Shown: positions 30,910 through 41,009, counted from the first letter of the stretch. The stretch is DNA of 64,000 nt from Thermoanaerobaculia bacterium (GCA_034665065.1 JAXDGL010000018.1:20126-84125), one strand, 5' to 3'. The notes: generated from the sequence alone by a model not told the origin. Program-made: numbers and translations.

Positions 30910-31089
30910 AAGGATGAAGGATGAAGGGTGAAGGATGAAGGATGAACGCGTGTAGATCACTGCGGCCAGTCTCGATGAAACGATGAGCATTCCGTGCAAC
31001 GCTCGAATCACAACTTTTGGCGAAGTCATGATCGATACGAAAGGTTCATCCTTCATGCTCATCCTTCATCCTTCCGCCTTCATCCTTCG
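30910..31089. repeat. Inverted tandem-heptamer arrays (ggatgaa)n / (ttcatcc)n bracketing a ~95-bp core.
   Basis: Left arm 30910-30946, right arm 31045-31089. The right arm supplies the last seven codons of pgk. Confidence 0.9.
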
Positions 31090-32259
31090 AATCGCCTCCA
31101 CTCCCGGCAACGTCGCGCCGGAGATGAATTCGAGAGATGCGCCGCCGCCGGTGGAGATGTGGCTGATGCTGCTGGCGAAGCCCGATGCTTTCACCGCCTC
31201 GACCGATTCGCCGCCGCCGACAACGGTGATGGCCTGCGACGCCGCCACCGCTTTCGCCATCGCCATCGTGCCGCGCGCAAAGTCGCGCTTCTCGAAAACG
31301 CCCATCGGTCCGTTCCAGAAAATCGTCCGGGCATCGAGCAGCAGTCCGCTGTATTCGGCGATCGTTTTCGAGCCGATGTCGAAGGCCTTCTGCCCCGCGG
31401 ACAATCCGCCGGCGACATCCACTTCATCGATGCGCGAGGGTGATTCGAGATCGTCGGCGACGATGAGGTCGGACGGGAGCGTCACGTTCGTGATCCGGTT
31501 CGCGACTTCGATGGAGTCCTTATCGACGAGCGAGCCTCCCATCGGCACGCCACGCGCCGCCAGGAACGTATTGGCCATTCCGCCGCCGATCAGGACCGTG
31601 TCGGCGAGCTTGACGAGCGCTTCGAGCGGCTCGATCTTCCCTGCGATCTTCGCGCCGCCGAGGAGCGCGACGAACGGGCGCTCGGAGACGTTGGTGATCT
31701 TCTGCAGGAACTCGATCTCTTTTGCCAGCAGCAAACCGCCGGCAGTCCGATCGGCGCCGAACAGCCGCGGCAACGCTTCGATCGATGCATGCGCGCGATG
31801 ACAGGCGCCGAAGGCGTCGTTGACATAAAAATCGGCGAGCTTGCGAAGCTGTGCGGCGAAGCCTGCGTCGTTCGCTTCTTCACCGGCGTGAAAGCGAAGG
31901 TTTTCGAGCAGCAGAACCTGCCCCGATTCGAGCGCGGACGCTTTCGCTTCCGCCTCCTCGCCCACGCAGTCGTCCGCCCATTGAACGTCGGCACCGAGCA
32001 GTTCGGCCAGTTTTTCGCGCACCGGTGCGAGCGAGTACTTCGTCTTGCGCTCCCCCTTCGGCCGGCCGAAGTGGCTGGCGATCACGATGGCCGCACCGGC
32101 GCCGCGCAGACGCTGCAACGTAGGGAGCGTCTCCTCGATGCGCGTGGCGTCGGCGATGCGCGTGCCGTCGAGCGGCACGTTGTAGTCGACGCGATAGAAG
32201 ACGCGCGCTCCCTTCGCGAGATTCAAATCGTCGAGCGTGCGGATTTGAATGAGACTCAT
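31066..32259 (-). CDS. pgk: Phosphoglycerate kinase.
   Basis: MSLIQIRTLDDL...VDYNVPLD. There is an ATGA start/stop overlap with gap. Confidence 0.95.
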   Translation of the reverse strand: MSLIQIRTLDDLNLAKGARVFYRVDYNVPLDGTRIADATRIEETLPTLQRLRGAGAAIVIASHFGRPKGERKTKYSLAPVREKLAELLGADVQWADDCVGEEAEAKASALESGQVLLLENLRFHAGEEANDAGFAAQLRKLADFYVNDAFGACHRAHASIEALPRLFGADRTAGGLLLAKEIEFLQKITNVSERPFVALLGGAKIAGKIEPLEALVKLADTVLIGGGMANTFLAARGVPMGGSLVDKDSIEVANRITNVTLPSDLIVADDLESPSRIDEVDVAGGLSAGQKAFDIGSKTIAEYSGLLLDARTIFWNGPMGVFEKRDFARGTMAMAKAVAASQAITVVGGGESVEAVKASGFASSISHISTGGGASLEFISGATLPGVEAIRRMKAEG

Positions 32260-33281
32260 ACGCTTTGAAGGGCGTCCTTCTTCACCCGCGCCACGTAGGC
32301 GATCAAATCGAGGATGCGATTCGAGTAACCCCATTCATTGTCGTACCACGCCAGCACTTTGTGCATGTGCGGATCGACGGAGCGGGTGAACGTCGTGTCG
32401 ACGATCGACGAATGGGGATTGTGATTGAAGTCGACCGAGACCAACTGCTCGTCGGAGAAGTCGAGAATCCCTTTGAGCGCGCCCTTTGCCGCGGCGCGCA
32501 GCACGTCATTGATCTCATCGGCTCCAGTGGCGCGCTCGGTCCGGAAGGTGAGATCGACCAGCGAGACATTGGGCGTCGGGACGCGCACGGAGATGCCGTC
32601 GAATTTTCCTTTCAGCTCCGGCAGCACGAGGCCGACCGCTTTTGCGGCGCCGGTCGTGGTGGGAATCATCGACATCGCCGCAGCCCGGCCACGCCGCACA
32701 TCCTTGTGCGGGAGATCGAGGATCTCCTGATCGTTCGTGTACGAGTGGATCGTGGTCATGATCCCCATCTCGATGCCGAACTTCTCGTGCAGCACTTTCG
32801 CCACCGGAGCCAGGCAGTTCGTCGTACACGATGCGTTGGAGATCACGCGATGCGCAGCGGGATCGAAGACGTCTTCGTTGACGCCGATGCAGATCGTGAC
32901 GTCCGCGTCTTTCGACGGCGCGGAGATGATGACGTGCTCGACCGGCTTGCGCAGATGCCGCGACGCTTTCTCTTTCGAGGTGAAGCGGCCCGACGACTCG
33001 ACGACGATCTCGACGCCGAGGTCGTTCCAGGGAATCTCGGCGGGATCGGGAGACGAGAAAACGCGCAGCTCTTTCCCGTCGATGGTGATGCTGTTGGCGG
33101 TGTGGCCGACGGTATTCGGGATCGTGTGATGCACCGAGTCGTACTTGAGCAGATACGCCAGCGTCGCCGCGTCGGTGAGATCGTTGACGGCGACAAATTC
33201 AATTTCCAGATTGCGCTCGAGCGCGGCGCGAAGTACGTTGCGCCCGATGCGCCCGAAACCATTGATTCCTACCCTGATCAT
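32256..33281 (-). CDS. gap: Glyceraldehyde-3-phosphate dehydrogenase.
   Basis: INGFGRIGR...ASCTTNCLAP. Confidence 0.95.
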   Translation of the reverse strand: MIRVGINGFGRIGRNVLRAALERNLEIEFVAVNDLTDAATLAYLLKYDSVHHTIPNTVGHTANSITIDGKELRVFSSPDPAEIPWNDLGVEIVVESSGRFTSKEKASRHLRKPVEHVIISAPSKDADVTICIGVNEDVFDPAAHRVISNASCTTNCLAPVAKVLHEKFGIEMGIMTTIHSYTNDQEILDLPHKDVRRGRAAAMSMIPTTTGAAKAVGLVLPELKGKFDGISVRVPTPNVSLVDLTFRTERATGADEINDVLRAAAKGALKGILDFSDEQLVSVDFNHNPHSSIVDTTFTRSVDPHMHKVLAWYDNEWGYSNRILDLIAYVARVKKDALQSV

Positions 33282-33302
33282 TCATTCTCCGTGTAAGTTC
33301 GC

Positions 33303-33418
33303 TGTCATCCTGAGCCGGCGAAGCGCGGTCGAAGGACCCCCACCCACCTCGCCAGAAGGGAGGGGGTCCTTCGACCGTCCTCCGGCACTTCGTGTCCTTC
33401 GGCGGCTCAGGATGACAG
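33303..33418. repeat. Repeat family B copy B3, followed by a partial half.
   Basis: tgtcatcctgagccggcgaag...ggtcgaaggaccccc...gggggtccttcgacc...ctcaggatgacag. Confidence 0.75.
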
Positions 33419-33474
33419 AGCAGTCATCCTGGCTCGCCGCGTAGTATAACGACGCGTCTCGTACTGCGAAGCCC

Positions 33475-34470
33475 ATGCACGTTGAACCCATCCGTTGGCG
33501 CGGCGACGCGCTCGATCTGCTCGACCAGCGCCTCCTTCCGCGCGAAGTCCGCTACGTCTCCCTGCACGATGCGCACGAGGTCGCGAATGCCATCCGCGAC
33601 ATGATGGTGCGCGGCGCTCCGGCCATCGGAGTGTCGGCCGCATTTGGCATCGCGCTGGCCGCGCAACGCGGAGACGACGTCGACGCTGCCGCCGCGGAGT
33701 TGCGCGCGTCGCGTCCGACGGCCGTCAATCTCATGTGGGCGCTCGACCGGATGTTGCGCGCGCGCGACGCCGGCAGCGATCTGATCGCGGAAGCGGAGTC
33801 GATGTTCCGCGAAGACGTCGAAGCGAACAAACGCATCGGTCAATACGGCGCCGCCCTCCTCGGCGACTCCGTCACCGTCCTCACGCACTGCAACGCGGGC
33901 GCCCTCGCCACCGCCGGCTACGGCACCGCCCTGGGCGTCATTCGCGCGGCGGTGGAGGGCGGCAAGCGCGTGGCCGTCTTTGCCGACGAGACGCGGCCGT
34001 ATCTTCAGGGCGCGCGGCTGACCGCATGGGAGCTGCAGCAGGAAGCGATCGACGTCACGCTCATCACCGACAGCATGTCGGGACATTTTTTCCAACAGGG
34101 GCGATTCGATGCCGTCATCGTCGGCGCCGATCGCATCGCCGCGAACGGCGATACGGCGAACAAGATCGGAACGTACACGGTGGCCGTTCTGGCCAACGCG
34201 CATGGAGTACCGTTTTACATCGCCGCGCCGTTGTCGACGATCGATGTTCATTGCCCGAGCGGCGCCGAGATCCCGATCGAAGAGCGGAGCGCGCTGGAAG
34301 TGACGACGATCAACAACGTATCGGTGGCGCCGGAAGGGATCAGCGTGCGTCATCCGGCGTTTGACGTAACGCCGGCGCGGTTGATCACGGCGATCATCAC
34401 CGATCGCGGTGTCCTGCGTGCGCCATATGAGGAGTCGATTCGCGAGGTGTTCTCATGGCAGACGAAATAG
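33475..34470 (+). CDS. mtnA: S-methyl-5-thioribose-1-phosphate isomerase (eIF-2B alpha/beta/delta family).
   Basis: Family-typical N-terminus [22 protein letters not shown] and overall pattern. Confidence 0.85.
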   Translation: MHVEPIRWRGDALDLLDQRLLPREVRYVSLHDAHEVANAIRDMMVRGAPAIGVSAAFGIALAAQRGDDVDAAAAELRASRPTAVNLMWALDRMLRARDAGSDLIAEAESMFREDVEANKRIGQYGAALLGDSVTVLTHCNAGALATAGYGTALGVIRAAVEGGKRVAVFADETRPYLQGARLTAWELQQEAIDVTLITDSMSGHFFQQGRFDAVIVGADRIAANGDTANKIGTYTVAVLANAHGVPFYIAAPLSTIDVHCPSGAEIPIEERSALEVTTINNVSVAPEGISVRHPAFDVTPARLITAIITDRGVLRAPYEESIREVFSWQTK

Positions 34471-35054
34471 CGGACGATTCAGGCGCGGAGACGACACCGC
34501 CGTCGATTGAAGAGCAGGCGAACGAACCGATGGTGCTCGATCGTCCGTTGCAAGCTCCCGCTTCCGCGCTGGCCGCCGAGCATTTGCCCGCTGCGGGCAA
34601 TCCGCCGCGGCGCTGGTTCGCGCCCGCGCTGGCGCGGCTCGTTCGTGCGCTGTGGCTTGGCAGCGGCGCGTTTCTCCTGCTCACCGCCGCCGCTGCATTC
34701 AGCGCGGCCAGCAACGCCAACGACGCGGCGAACGTCGTCGGCGCGGTGCTCATCCGATGGCATTACATCGCCCTTTTTGCGCCGCTGCTGCTCCTGGTTC
34801 TGGAGTGGCGCCGCAGCCGTCCGGCCATGCTGGTGATTCTGTTCATCGCCATCGTTCTGGCGTCGTTCCAGGGATTGCTCGACACGCGCATCCGTCTGAT
34901 CCGGATGGAATCGCCCGTTTCGATCAGCAGCCTTTCTCCCGACGATCCGCTGCGACGGCACTTCGGCATGCTGCATGGGGCATCGTCGTTGTTTCTGATC
35001 GGGCAGGTCATCGCCGCGGGTATCGCGGTGGCGATGCGCGACCCCGACCTATAA
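34455..35054 (+). CDS. Hypothetical membrane protein with ~4 TM helices.
   Basis: Hydrophobic segments. It overlaps the mtnA stop and precedes the response regulator gene. Confidence 0.4.
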   Translation: MADEIADDSGAETTPPSIEEQANEPMVLDRPLQAPASALAAEHLPAAGNPPRRWFAPALARLVRALWLGSGAFLLLTAAAAFSAASNANDAANVVGAVLIRWHYIALFAPLLLLVLEWRRSRPAMLVILFIAIVLASFQGLLDTRIRLIRMESPVSISSLSPDDPLRRHFGMLHGASSLFLIGQVIAAGIAVAMRDPDL

Positions 35055-35071
35055 TCCGCCGCGGAGAAACT

Positions 35072-36478
35072 GTGGACCTACTGATCGTCGACGACGAGGC
35101 GTCACTGCGGGACTTCCTCTCGATCGTCTTTGAAGAAGAAGGATGGCGCGTGGAGACGGCGGCGTCACTCGCGGCAGCACGCGTCGCCTGCGCGAAGCTC
35201 GAGCCCGATCTCATCCTCTGCGATCTGATGCTGCCCGATGGCTCCGGGATCGACCTTCTGCGCGAAGTGAAAGCGGCCACTCCATCGGTGGCGGTCATCA
35301 TGATCACCGCCCATACGTCGACCAAGTCGGCAGTCGAGGCGTTGAAGTCGGGCGCGTTCGATTACATCGCCAAACCGTTCGACATCGATGAGCTGAAGAT
35401 CATCGTCCGCAACGCCGTCGAGCGGAAGGAGCTGGAAGAAGAGAACCTTCACCTGCGCACGGCGCTCGAAGAGCGATTCACCTTCTCGAACATCATCGGC
35501 CGCAGCGCGCGGATGCAGGAGATCTTCTCCGTGGTGCAGCGGATTGCCAAGACGACGTCGACCGTGCTGATCTCGGGCGACTCCGGAACAGGCAAAGAAT
35601 TGATCGCGCGCGCCATTCACTACACGTCCGGCCGGCGAGGAAAATTCGTCTCGATCAATTGCGGCGCCCTGCCGGAGACGCTGCTGGAGTCGGAGCTTTT
35701 CGGACACGAGCGCGGCGCGTTCACTGGCGCGATCCGCGAGAAGCGCGGACTCTTTCACGAAGCCGACCGCGGAACGATCTTTCTCGACGAGATCGGCGAG
35801 ACGTCGACGGCGATGCAGATCAAGCTTCTGCGCGTCCTGCAGGATCACGTCGTGCGGCGGGTCGGTTCGAACAGCGAGACGCAGGTCGAAGTGCGCGTGA
35901 TCGCGGCCACGAACCGCGATCTGGCCGAGTCAATCAAAGCGGGGACGTTCCGCGAAGATCTCTTCTATCGGATCAACGTCATTCCGATCACGCTCCCGCC
36001 GTTGCGGCAGCGGCGGGAAGACATCGCTCTCCTCGTCGAGCATTTCATCGCCAAGTATTCGAAGATGCTCGGCGTTCCGCAGAAGCGCATCTCGGCGGAC
36101 GCGATGCGCCTGATCGAGAAGTATCACTGGCCGGGCAATGTCCGCGAGCTGGAGAACGTCATCGAACGGATGCTCGCACTCGAGGCATCCGACGTCCTGA
36201 CCACGAAGTCTCTGCCCGAGCATGTCCTGATCGGCGGAGCGATTCCGAATGTGACCTTCGATCTGCCGCCGGAAGGAATCTCGCTCGAGAATCACCTCGA
36301 GGGAATCGGCAAGTTCTTCATGCTCAAAGCGCTGGAACGGTCCGGAGGCGTGCAGACGCAGGCCGCGGAGCTGCTGCGGATGTCCTTTCGCTCATTCCGC
36401 TACTACGCGAAGAAATACGAGCTGATTACGCGCGATGCGAAACATGAAGAGGCGCTGGAGGTGGAGAATGAGAAGTAG
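35072..36478 (+). CDS. Sigma-54-dependent response regulator (NtrC family: receiver + AAA+ + Fis-type HTH).
   Basis: GTG start after ggagaaa. Receiver domain DLLIVDDE...D. AAA+ GESGTGKE with GAFTGA. C-terminal helix-turn-helix. Confidence 0.9.
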   Translation: MDLLIVDDEASLRDFLSIVFEEEGWRVETAASLAAARVACAKLEPDLILCDLMLPDGSGIDLLREVKAATPSVAVIMITAHTSTKSAVEALKSGAFDYIAKPFDIDELKIIVRNAVERKELEEENLHLRTALEERFTFSNIIGRSARMQEIFSVVQRIAKTTSTVLISGDSGTGKELIARAIHYTSGRRGKFVSINCGALPETLLESELFGHERGAFTGAIREKRGLFHEADRGTIFLDEIGETSTAMQIKLLRVLQDHVVRRVGSNSETQVEVRVIAATNRDLAESIKAGTFREDLFYRINVIPITLPPLRQRREDIALLVEHFIAKYSKMLGVPQKRISADAMRLIEKYHWPGNVRELENVIERMLALEASDVLTTKSLPEHVLIGGAIPNVTFDLPPEGISLENHLEGIGKFFMLKALERSGGVQTQAAELLRMSFRSFRYYAKKYELITRDAKHEEALEVENEK

Positions 36479-36959
36479 TACGGTCCTGCTGCTCGCTTGT
36501 GCGCTTGCATGCGCGCAGCGCGCGTCCACGCCGATGCCGGCATCCGCTGCAACCGCTCCTTCCGACGCAAACGGTCCGCGGATCATCCTGCCCGACAAGA
36601 GCGTGATCGCGGTCGAAGTGGCGTCGGACGATGCCACACGCGCGCAAGGTCTGATGTATCGCGATCATCTCGCCGATGACCGCGGGATGGTTTTCCTCTT
36701 TCCGGAAGCGGGCGAATATCCCTTCTGGATGAAGAACACGCTGATTCCGCTCGACATGATCTGGATGGACGCACAACATCGCATCGTTCACATCGCGCGC
36801 GACGTGCCGCCTTGCAAAGCTGATCCCTGCTCCAACTACCCGCCGCACGCAATGGCTTCGTCGGTACTCGAGCTGGCAGCCGGCGTGGCAGCAACGCATC
36901 ATCTGGCCGATGGAAGCGTGTTGCGGTTCGAAGGAATGGAGAACATCGTCGCAAGGTAG
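36468..36959 (+). CDS. Secreted DUF192-family protein.
   Basis: Signal peptide, then ...GLMYRD...GMVF...IPLDMIW. Confidence 0.7.
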   Translation: MRSSTVLLLACALACAQRASTPMPASAATAPSDANGPRIILPDKSVIAVEVASDDATRAQGLMYRDHLADDRGMVFLFPEAGEYPFWMKNTLIPLDMIWMDAQHRIVHIARDVPPCKADPCSNYPPHAMASSVLELAAGVAATHHLADGSVLRFEGMENIVAR

Positions 36960-37028
36960 CGCCGCGCCACATCAACCGTTCAACGCCTCCTGTGTCTGAT
37001 TCGTATCAGATCGCGCCGGGAGTGCGGA

Positions 37029-37985
37029 ATGAATCCGTCGCGAGGGTATAGTCGAACCGTCATGTTTCGCAGCCGCGGGGAGAATCTGCGCTCGACGTAC
37101 GTTCTGCTGTTCCTGAACGTCGCCTTCTTCCTTCTTCAGTACCAGGATGGGGAGAAGTTCGCGCGCCTGTTCGGGTTCGATCGCGATGGCGTCGCTGCCG
37201 GTCAGATCTGGCGGCTCTTCACCTATCAGTTCGCGCAGACGAGCCACGTCGGGCTGCTTTCGATTCCTCCCGTTCTCACGCTCTTTCTCAATCTCGTACT
37301 GCTCTCGCTGATGGGATTCGCGGTCGAGGAAGCGTGGGGTACTGCTCATTTTCTCCGTTTCTATTTGCTGTCGACCCTCGGCACGGCGCTGGTGGCGGCA
37401 TGGTTCAACACACCGTTGCTCGGTTCGTTTTTCATCAACTTCACGCTTCTCTTCGTCTACGCCGCATTGAATCGCGACCAGACGTTTTCACTCTCTACGA
37501 TCCTGCCGATCCGCGTCACCTTCCTGGCCTGGATGGCGCTCGCAGCTCTGCTGACGGGCGTGTTTTTCGGCAGCAAGGCGAATCTCTCCGCGCTTGCAGG
37601 CGCGGTGACGGGCTTTGGATACTTCGTCTCGCAGCGCATCCGCATCGTGGCGGTGTTGCCGGGCGGAGCCGCGCCGGTTGAACGTGACGGTGACACGGAC
37701 CGCGCCGTAGTCCTGGCAACGCGGAACGTCACGCGCGTGACCGCAATGAAGAAGGCGATCGCGACGGGATCGCACGCCGACATCGACCGTCTGATTCATC
37801 TCGCCGAGCGTGAAGCGGTTGCCGGCGTGAACATCTGTCCGCCAACCGATTTCAAACCGGAGCATTCGGATCGCTACTGCGTCCGATGCGAGGGGTTCGC
37901 CGAATGCACAGCGCGCCATCTGCGTCTCAATCGTCCGAACGTCGTGATCGCGCCGGCGGTTGCTGCGCCGGTTGAGACAACGTAA
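37029..37985 (+). CDS. Rhomboid-family-like membrane protein with a Cys-rich C-terminal tail; catalytic motifs unclear.
   Basis: TM2-type motif QIWRLFTYQFAQTSH. Six to seven TM helices. I find no clear GxSG or AHxxG. C-terminal CPPTDF...YCVRCEGFAEC. Confidence 0.45.
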   Translation: MNPSRGYSRTVMFRSRGENLRSTYVLLFLNVAFFLLQYQDGEKFARLFGFDRDGVAAGQIWRLFTYQFAQTSHVGLLSIPPVLTLFLNLVLLSLMGFAVEEAWGTAHFLRFYLLSTLGTALVAAWFNTPLLGSFFINFTLLFVYAALNRDQTFSLSTILPIRVTFLAWMALAALLTGVFFGSKANLSALAGAVTGFGYFVSQRIRIVAVLPGGAAPVERDGDTDRAVVLATRNVTRVTAMKKAIATGSHADIDRLIHLAEREAVAGVNICPPTDFKPEHSDRYCVRCEGFAECTARHLRLNRPNVVIAPAVAAPVETT

Positions 37986-38010
37986 GGGACGGAGCCCTAA
38001 GCATCTTCGC

Positions 38011-38108
38011 CATTGCTTCAACGTAGGTCGGACACTCCAGTCCGACGATCCCGGTTTTCTGCGCGACGCTGCCCGCGCGCTAAAGCCGCGTGCAGTCGGA
38101 CTGAAAGT
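38011..38108. repeat. Repeat family C copy C1, a paired-hairpin element.
   Basis: acgtaggtcggacactccagtccgac ... agtcggactgaaagtccggcctaac. Confidence 0.6.
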
Positions 38109-38169
38109 CCGGCCTAACCCACGAAAAAGTACCCGAGCGAGCAGGTCATTCCATCCCGTCTGCGTTTCT

Positions 38170-39180
38170 TCAAATCATGGAAGTCAATTGCGCGCGCAGC
38201 AATTTTCCCAGCGGCGAGCGCGGAATGGCATCGACGCGATGAACGGCGCGAATGCGTTCGAACGGATGCACGCGCGCGTTGAATCGATCGGCGATCTCAT
38301 TCGCTTCAACCGTCGACGCGAGATGGATGACGTGCCCGAGCCGGTCATCAGGAACAGCGACGATCGCCGCCGCATCGCTCGCGATCTCGAAAAGAATCCG
38401 ATCGAGGCGCCCGAGGTCGACGGACTCGCCGCCGATCTTGACGAAGTCGCCGGCGCGGCCGTGAATGCGCAGCGTCCGGCCGTCGACGGTGCCGAGATCC
38501 TCCGAGAGAAACCACCCGTCGATCTTCGGATCGACCAACCCCTCATCCGTGACGTAGCCCGTCAGTAGCGACGAGCCGCGAAACGCCAGACGTCCATCCG
38601 ATTCGACGCGCGCTTCGAGATGGGGGAGCAGAACGTCTTCGATCGCGATTGTCGAGCAGCATTCGCTCATGCCGTAGCTCGGAAGAACAGGCCATCCAGC
38701 AGCACGCGCTCGATCGACTGCGCTCTCGTCGAAGGCCCCGCCGCCGACGAGGATCGCGCGCAGCGTGCGCGGCGGCATCACCCTTTTCTCGACGAGATCG
38801 TGAACCTGCGCCGGGACGAGGGACGCCAGCGTGCAGCCCGATTCCGCGAACGTTTGCGGATCCCACTCCATCGGCAGTGCGCTCGCGCCGGCGAGATGAC
38901 ATCGCGCGTAGACGCCGAGTCCTCCGACGTGAAACGTTGGAAGGGAAGCGGCCCATACATCGCGGCTCGTCACGTCGAGCCGCTCGTTGACCGCGGCCGC
39001 GGAGGCGAGGATGGCGCGCTTCGACAAGGCTACGAGCTTGAGCGCGCCGGTCGAACCTGACGTGGCGATGAAAACGTGCGCGTCGAGAGCCGGCACCATC
39101 TTCTCGATCCTCTCCCTCTCCTCGGCGGGCATGCGAGGATTGAGAAGAAGGTGCGATTCGGAGGAGTCGAAGTCGATCAT
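38170..39180 (-). CDS. menE: Short-form o-succinylbenzoate-CoA ligase (AMP-binding family).
   Basis: AMP-binding core TSGSTG...YG(M)SE. It sits in the men cluster and, at 336 aa, lacks an extended N-terminal region. Confidence 0.65.
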   Translation of the reverse strand: MIDFDSSESHLLLNPRMPAEERERIEKMVPALDAHVFIATSGSTGALKLVALSKRAILASAAAVNERLDVTSRDVWAASLPTFHVGGLGVYARCHLAGASALPMEWDPQTFAESGCTLASLVPAQVHDLVEKRVMPPRTLRAILVGGGAFDESAVDRARAAGWPVLPSYGMSECCSTIAIEDVLLPHLEARVESDGRLAFRGSSLLTGYVTDEGLVDPKIDGWFLSEDLGTVDGRTLRIHGRAGDFVKIGGESVDLGRLDRILFEIASDAAAIVAVPDDRLGHVIHLASTVEANEIADRFNARVHPFERIRAVHRVDAIPRSPLGKLLRAQLTSMI

Positions 39181-39250
39181 CTAGCTTTAGTATTGTGTAT
39201 TAGAGTGCATGTTTATAATTCCATATTTTATGAGTTCGTCATTCGGCTCG

Positions 39251-40087
39251 TTACATGCGGCGCCATGGCAACGACTCCAGCAGATCGTCGAATCCGAATC
39301 CTGTACCAGATGGCGGAACCAGCCGCGCGGCATCGATGTGCATCCGTTCGATGAAAGGATTGGATTCGTAAAGAACGTGCGTGACCAGGCCGCACGTCGC
39401 CGTGATTCCTGCGCTCGCAGCGGCGTAGGCGGCGCAAAGCTGACCGAGCGGGTGATCCAGATACGACGTCACGACGATTTCGGCATTCGTTCGTGGAATC
39501 TGCTGCACGGCCGGTTTGACGACGAGCACGTCGATATCCTCCGCGCCGGTGCCGCGATCGAGCGCGAGGCGCAGTCCCGTTCGTTCGCGCAGTGATCGCC
39601 ACGTCGCAGCGTCGTACGGACATGGGTCTTCGATGAAGTCGATGCGCTCGCGCGGAAGGGTTGCGGCGATGCGTACGAATTCATCGGGACTGAGCGTGGC
39701 GTTGAAATCGATCCGCAGACGGACGTTGTCCGGAATGCGATCGATGGACTTCAGTTTCACGATGTCGAACCCGGCCGGGGGATCGGTGCCGGGCCAATGG
39801 CTCGGCGGAATGACGAGTCCTTCGAAGACACTCTTTCCCGCGTGGCGCGCGGCAGCGTCGATCGCGGCGAAGCGAAGCGAGGCGGCAGTCAGATTCGTGG
39901 TCTCGCCGCGGCGTAGAAGCGCGAGCTGCTCGTCGAGCGGCGCGTCGCCGAGCTCCGGCCATGGGTGAATATCGGCGAATCCACCATCGATACGAATCAA
40001 TGCGCCGCGCCGCGGACCTGACGTTGCGATCGCGCTCAAACGGCGGCGCGGGATCAGCTCGTACGGCCAATACCAACGATCAGCCAA
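39251..40087 (-). CDS. menC: o-Succinylbenzoate synthase (small enolase-superfamily member).
   Basis: Lies in the men cluster and overlaps menA. 278 aa with OSBS-like length and pattern. Confidence 0.65.
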   Translation of the reverse strand: MADRWYWPYELIPRRRLSAIATSGPRRGALIRIDGGFADIHPWPELGDAPLDEQLALLRRGETTNLTAASLRFAAIDAAARHAGKSVFEGLVIPPSHWPGTDPPAGFDIVKLKSIDRIPDNVRLRIDFNATLSPDEFVRIAATLPRERIDFIEDPCPYDAATWRSLRERTGLRLALDRGTGAEDIDVLVVKPAVQQIPRTNAEIVVTSYLDHPLGQLCAAYAAASAGITATCGLVTHVLYESNPFIERMHIDAARLVPPSGTGFGFDDLLESLPWRRM

Positions 40088-41009
40088 CTGCCGCTCCGAT
40101 GATGTAGAGAATGCCGAACAACCATTCCAACGCGCCTGCCAGAACCAGGCAGCGATTCAGCTCCGCGCCGCGGCTGCGCGCAACGCGCGCCAGAAGTGCG
40201 ATCGCGAGAACGATGGCCAGCATCGGAATCATCATCGTCCGTTCGTGGCGCAAATACGCGATCGCGGCGACGCAAAGGAAGGGAATCAGCGCGAAGACGA
40301 CGATCTCGGCGTTCGCGAAACCTGGTCCGAAGCGCGCGGCCAGCGTCCGCTTGTTGCTGGTGCGGTCGTTTTCGAGATCGCGCAGATTGTTGATGGCGAG
40401 GATGACCACGGAGAGCGAGCCGACGGCAAGGCTTCCGATCCACGCGCTCCGATCGAGCGTCAGGCGTTGCAGATAGAACGAGCCGCAGACGGCGACGAAG
40501 CCGAAGAAGAGCATCACGAACACTTCACCGAGTCCGTGGTAGGCGAGCGGATAGGGTCCGCCGGTGTAGGCGTAGGCGGCGAGAATCGACGCGACGCCGA
40601 TCGCCGCGATCGGCCAGCCGCCTCGAAGAATGAGCGGGATTCCGCAAAGCGCGGCGATCAGGAAGCAGACATATGCGCCGCGCAGCACGGAGTCTGCGTC
40701 GAGCAGACCCGCCTGCGTCACGCGCAAGGGGCCGAGCCGTGTGTGTGTGTCCGCCCCCTTCTTGAAATCGAGCGCGTCGTTGACGAAGTTCGTGCCGATC
40801 TGGATGAAGACCGCGCCAAGGAGGGCGAAGAGGAACGAAGGCCAATGCGTCTTCGCGACGCTGTTGATCGCGAGCGCGGTACCGACGAGCACGGGCGTCA
40901 CCGCCGCGGCAAGCGTCTTCGGTCGGGCAGCGAGAAGCCATGGGTTCATGACAGCGCCTCGGGGCGCGTTGCCGATTGCCGGTTGTCGGTTCGCAGGTTC
41001 TTCCCACAC
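40080..41009 (-). CDS. menA: 1,4-dihydroxy-2-naphthoate polyprenyltransferase (UbiA family).
   Basis: Multi-TM protein with UbiA-type Asp-rich motifs NDALDFKKGAD. Confidence 0.85.
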   Translation of the reverse strand: MWEEPANRQPAIGNAPRGAVMNPWLLAARPKTLAAAVTPVLVGTALAINSVAKTHWPSFLFALLGAVFIQIGTNFVNDALDFKKGADTHTRLGPLRVTQAGLLDADSVLRGAYVCFLIAALCGIPLILRGGWPIAAIGVASILAAYAYTGGPYPLAYHGLGEVFVMLFFGFVAVCGSFYLQRLTLDRSAWIGSLAVGSLSVVILAINNLRDLENDRTSNKRTLAARFGPGFANAEIVVFALIPFLCVAAIAYLRHERTMMIPMLAIVLAIALLARVARSRGAELNRCLVLAGALEWLFGILYIIGAAVG

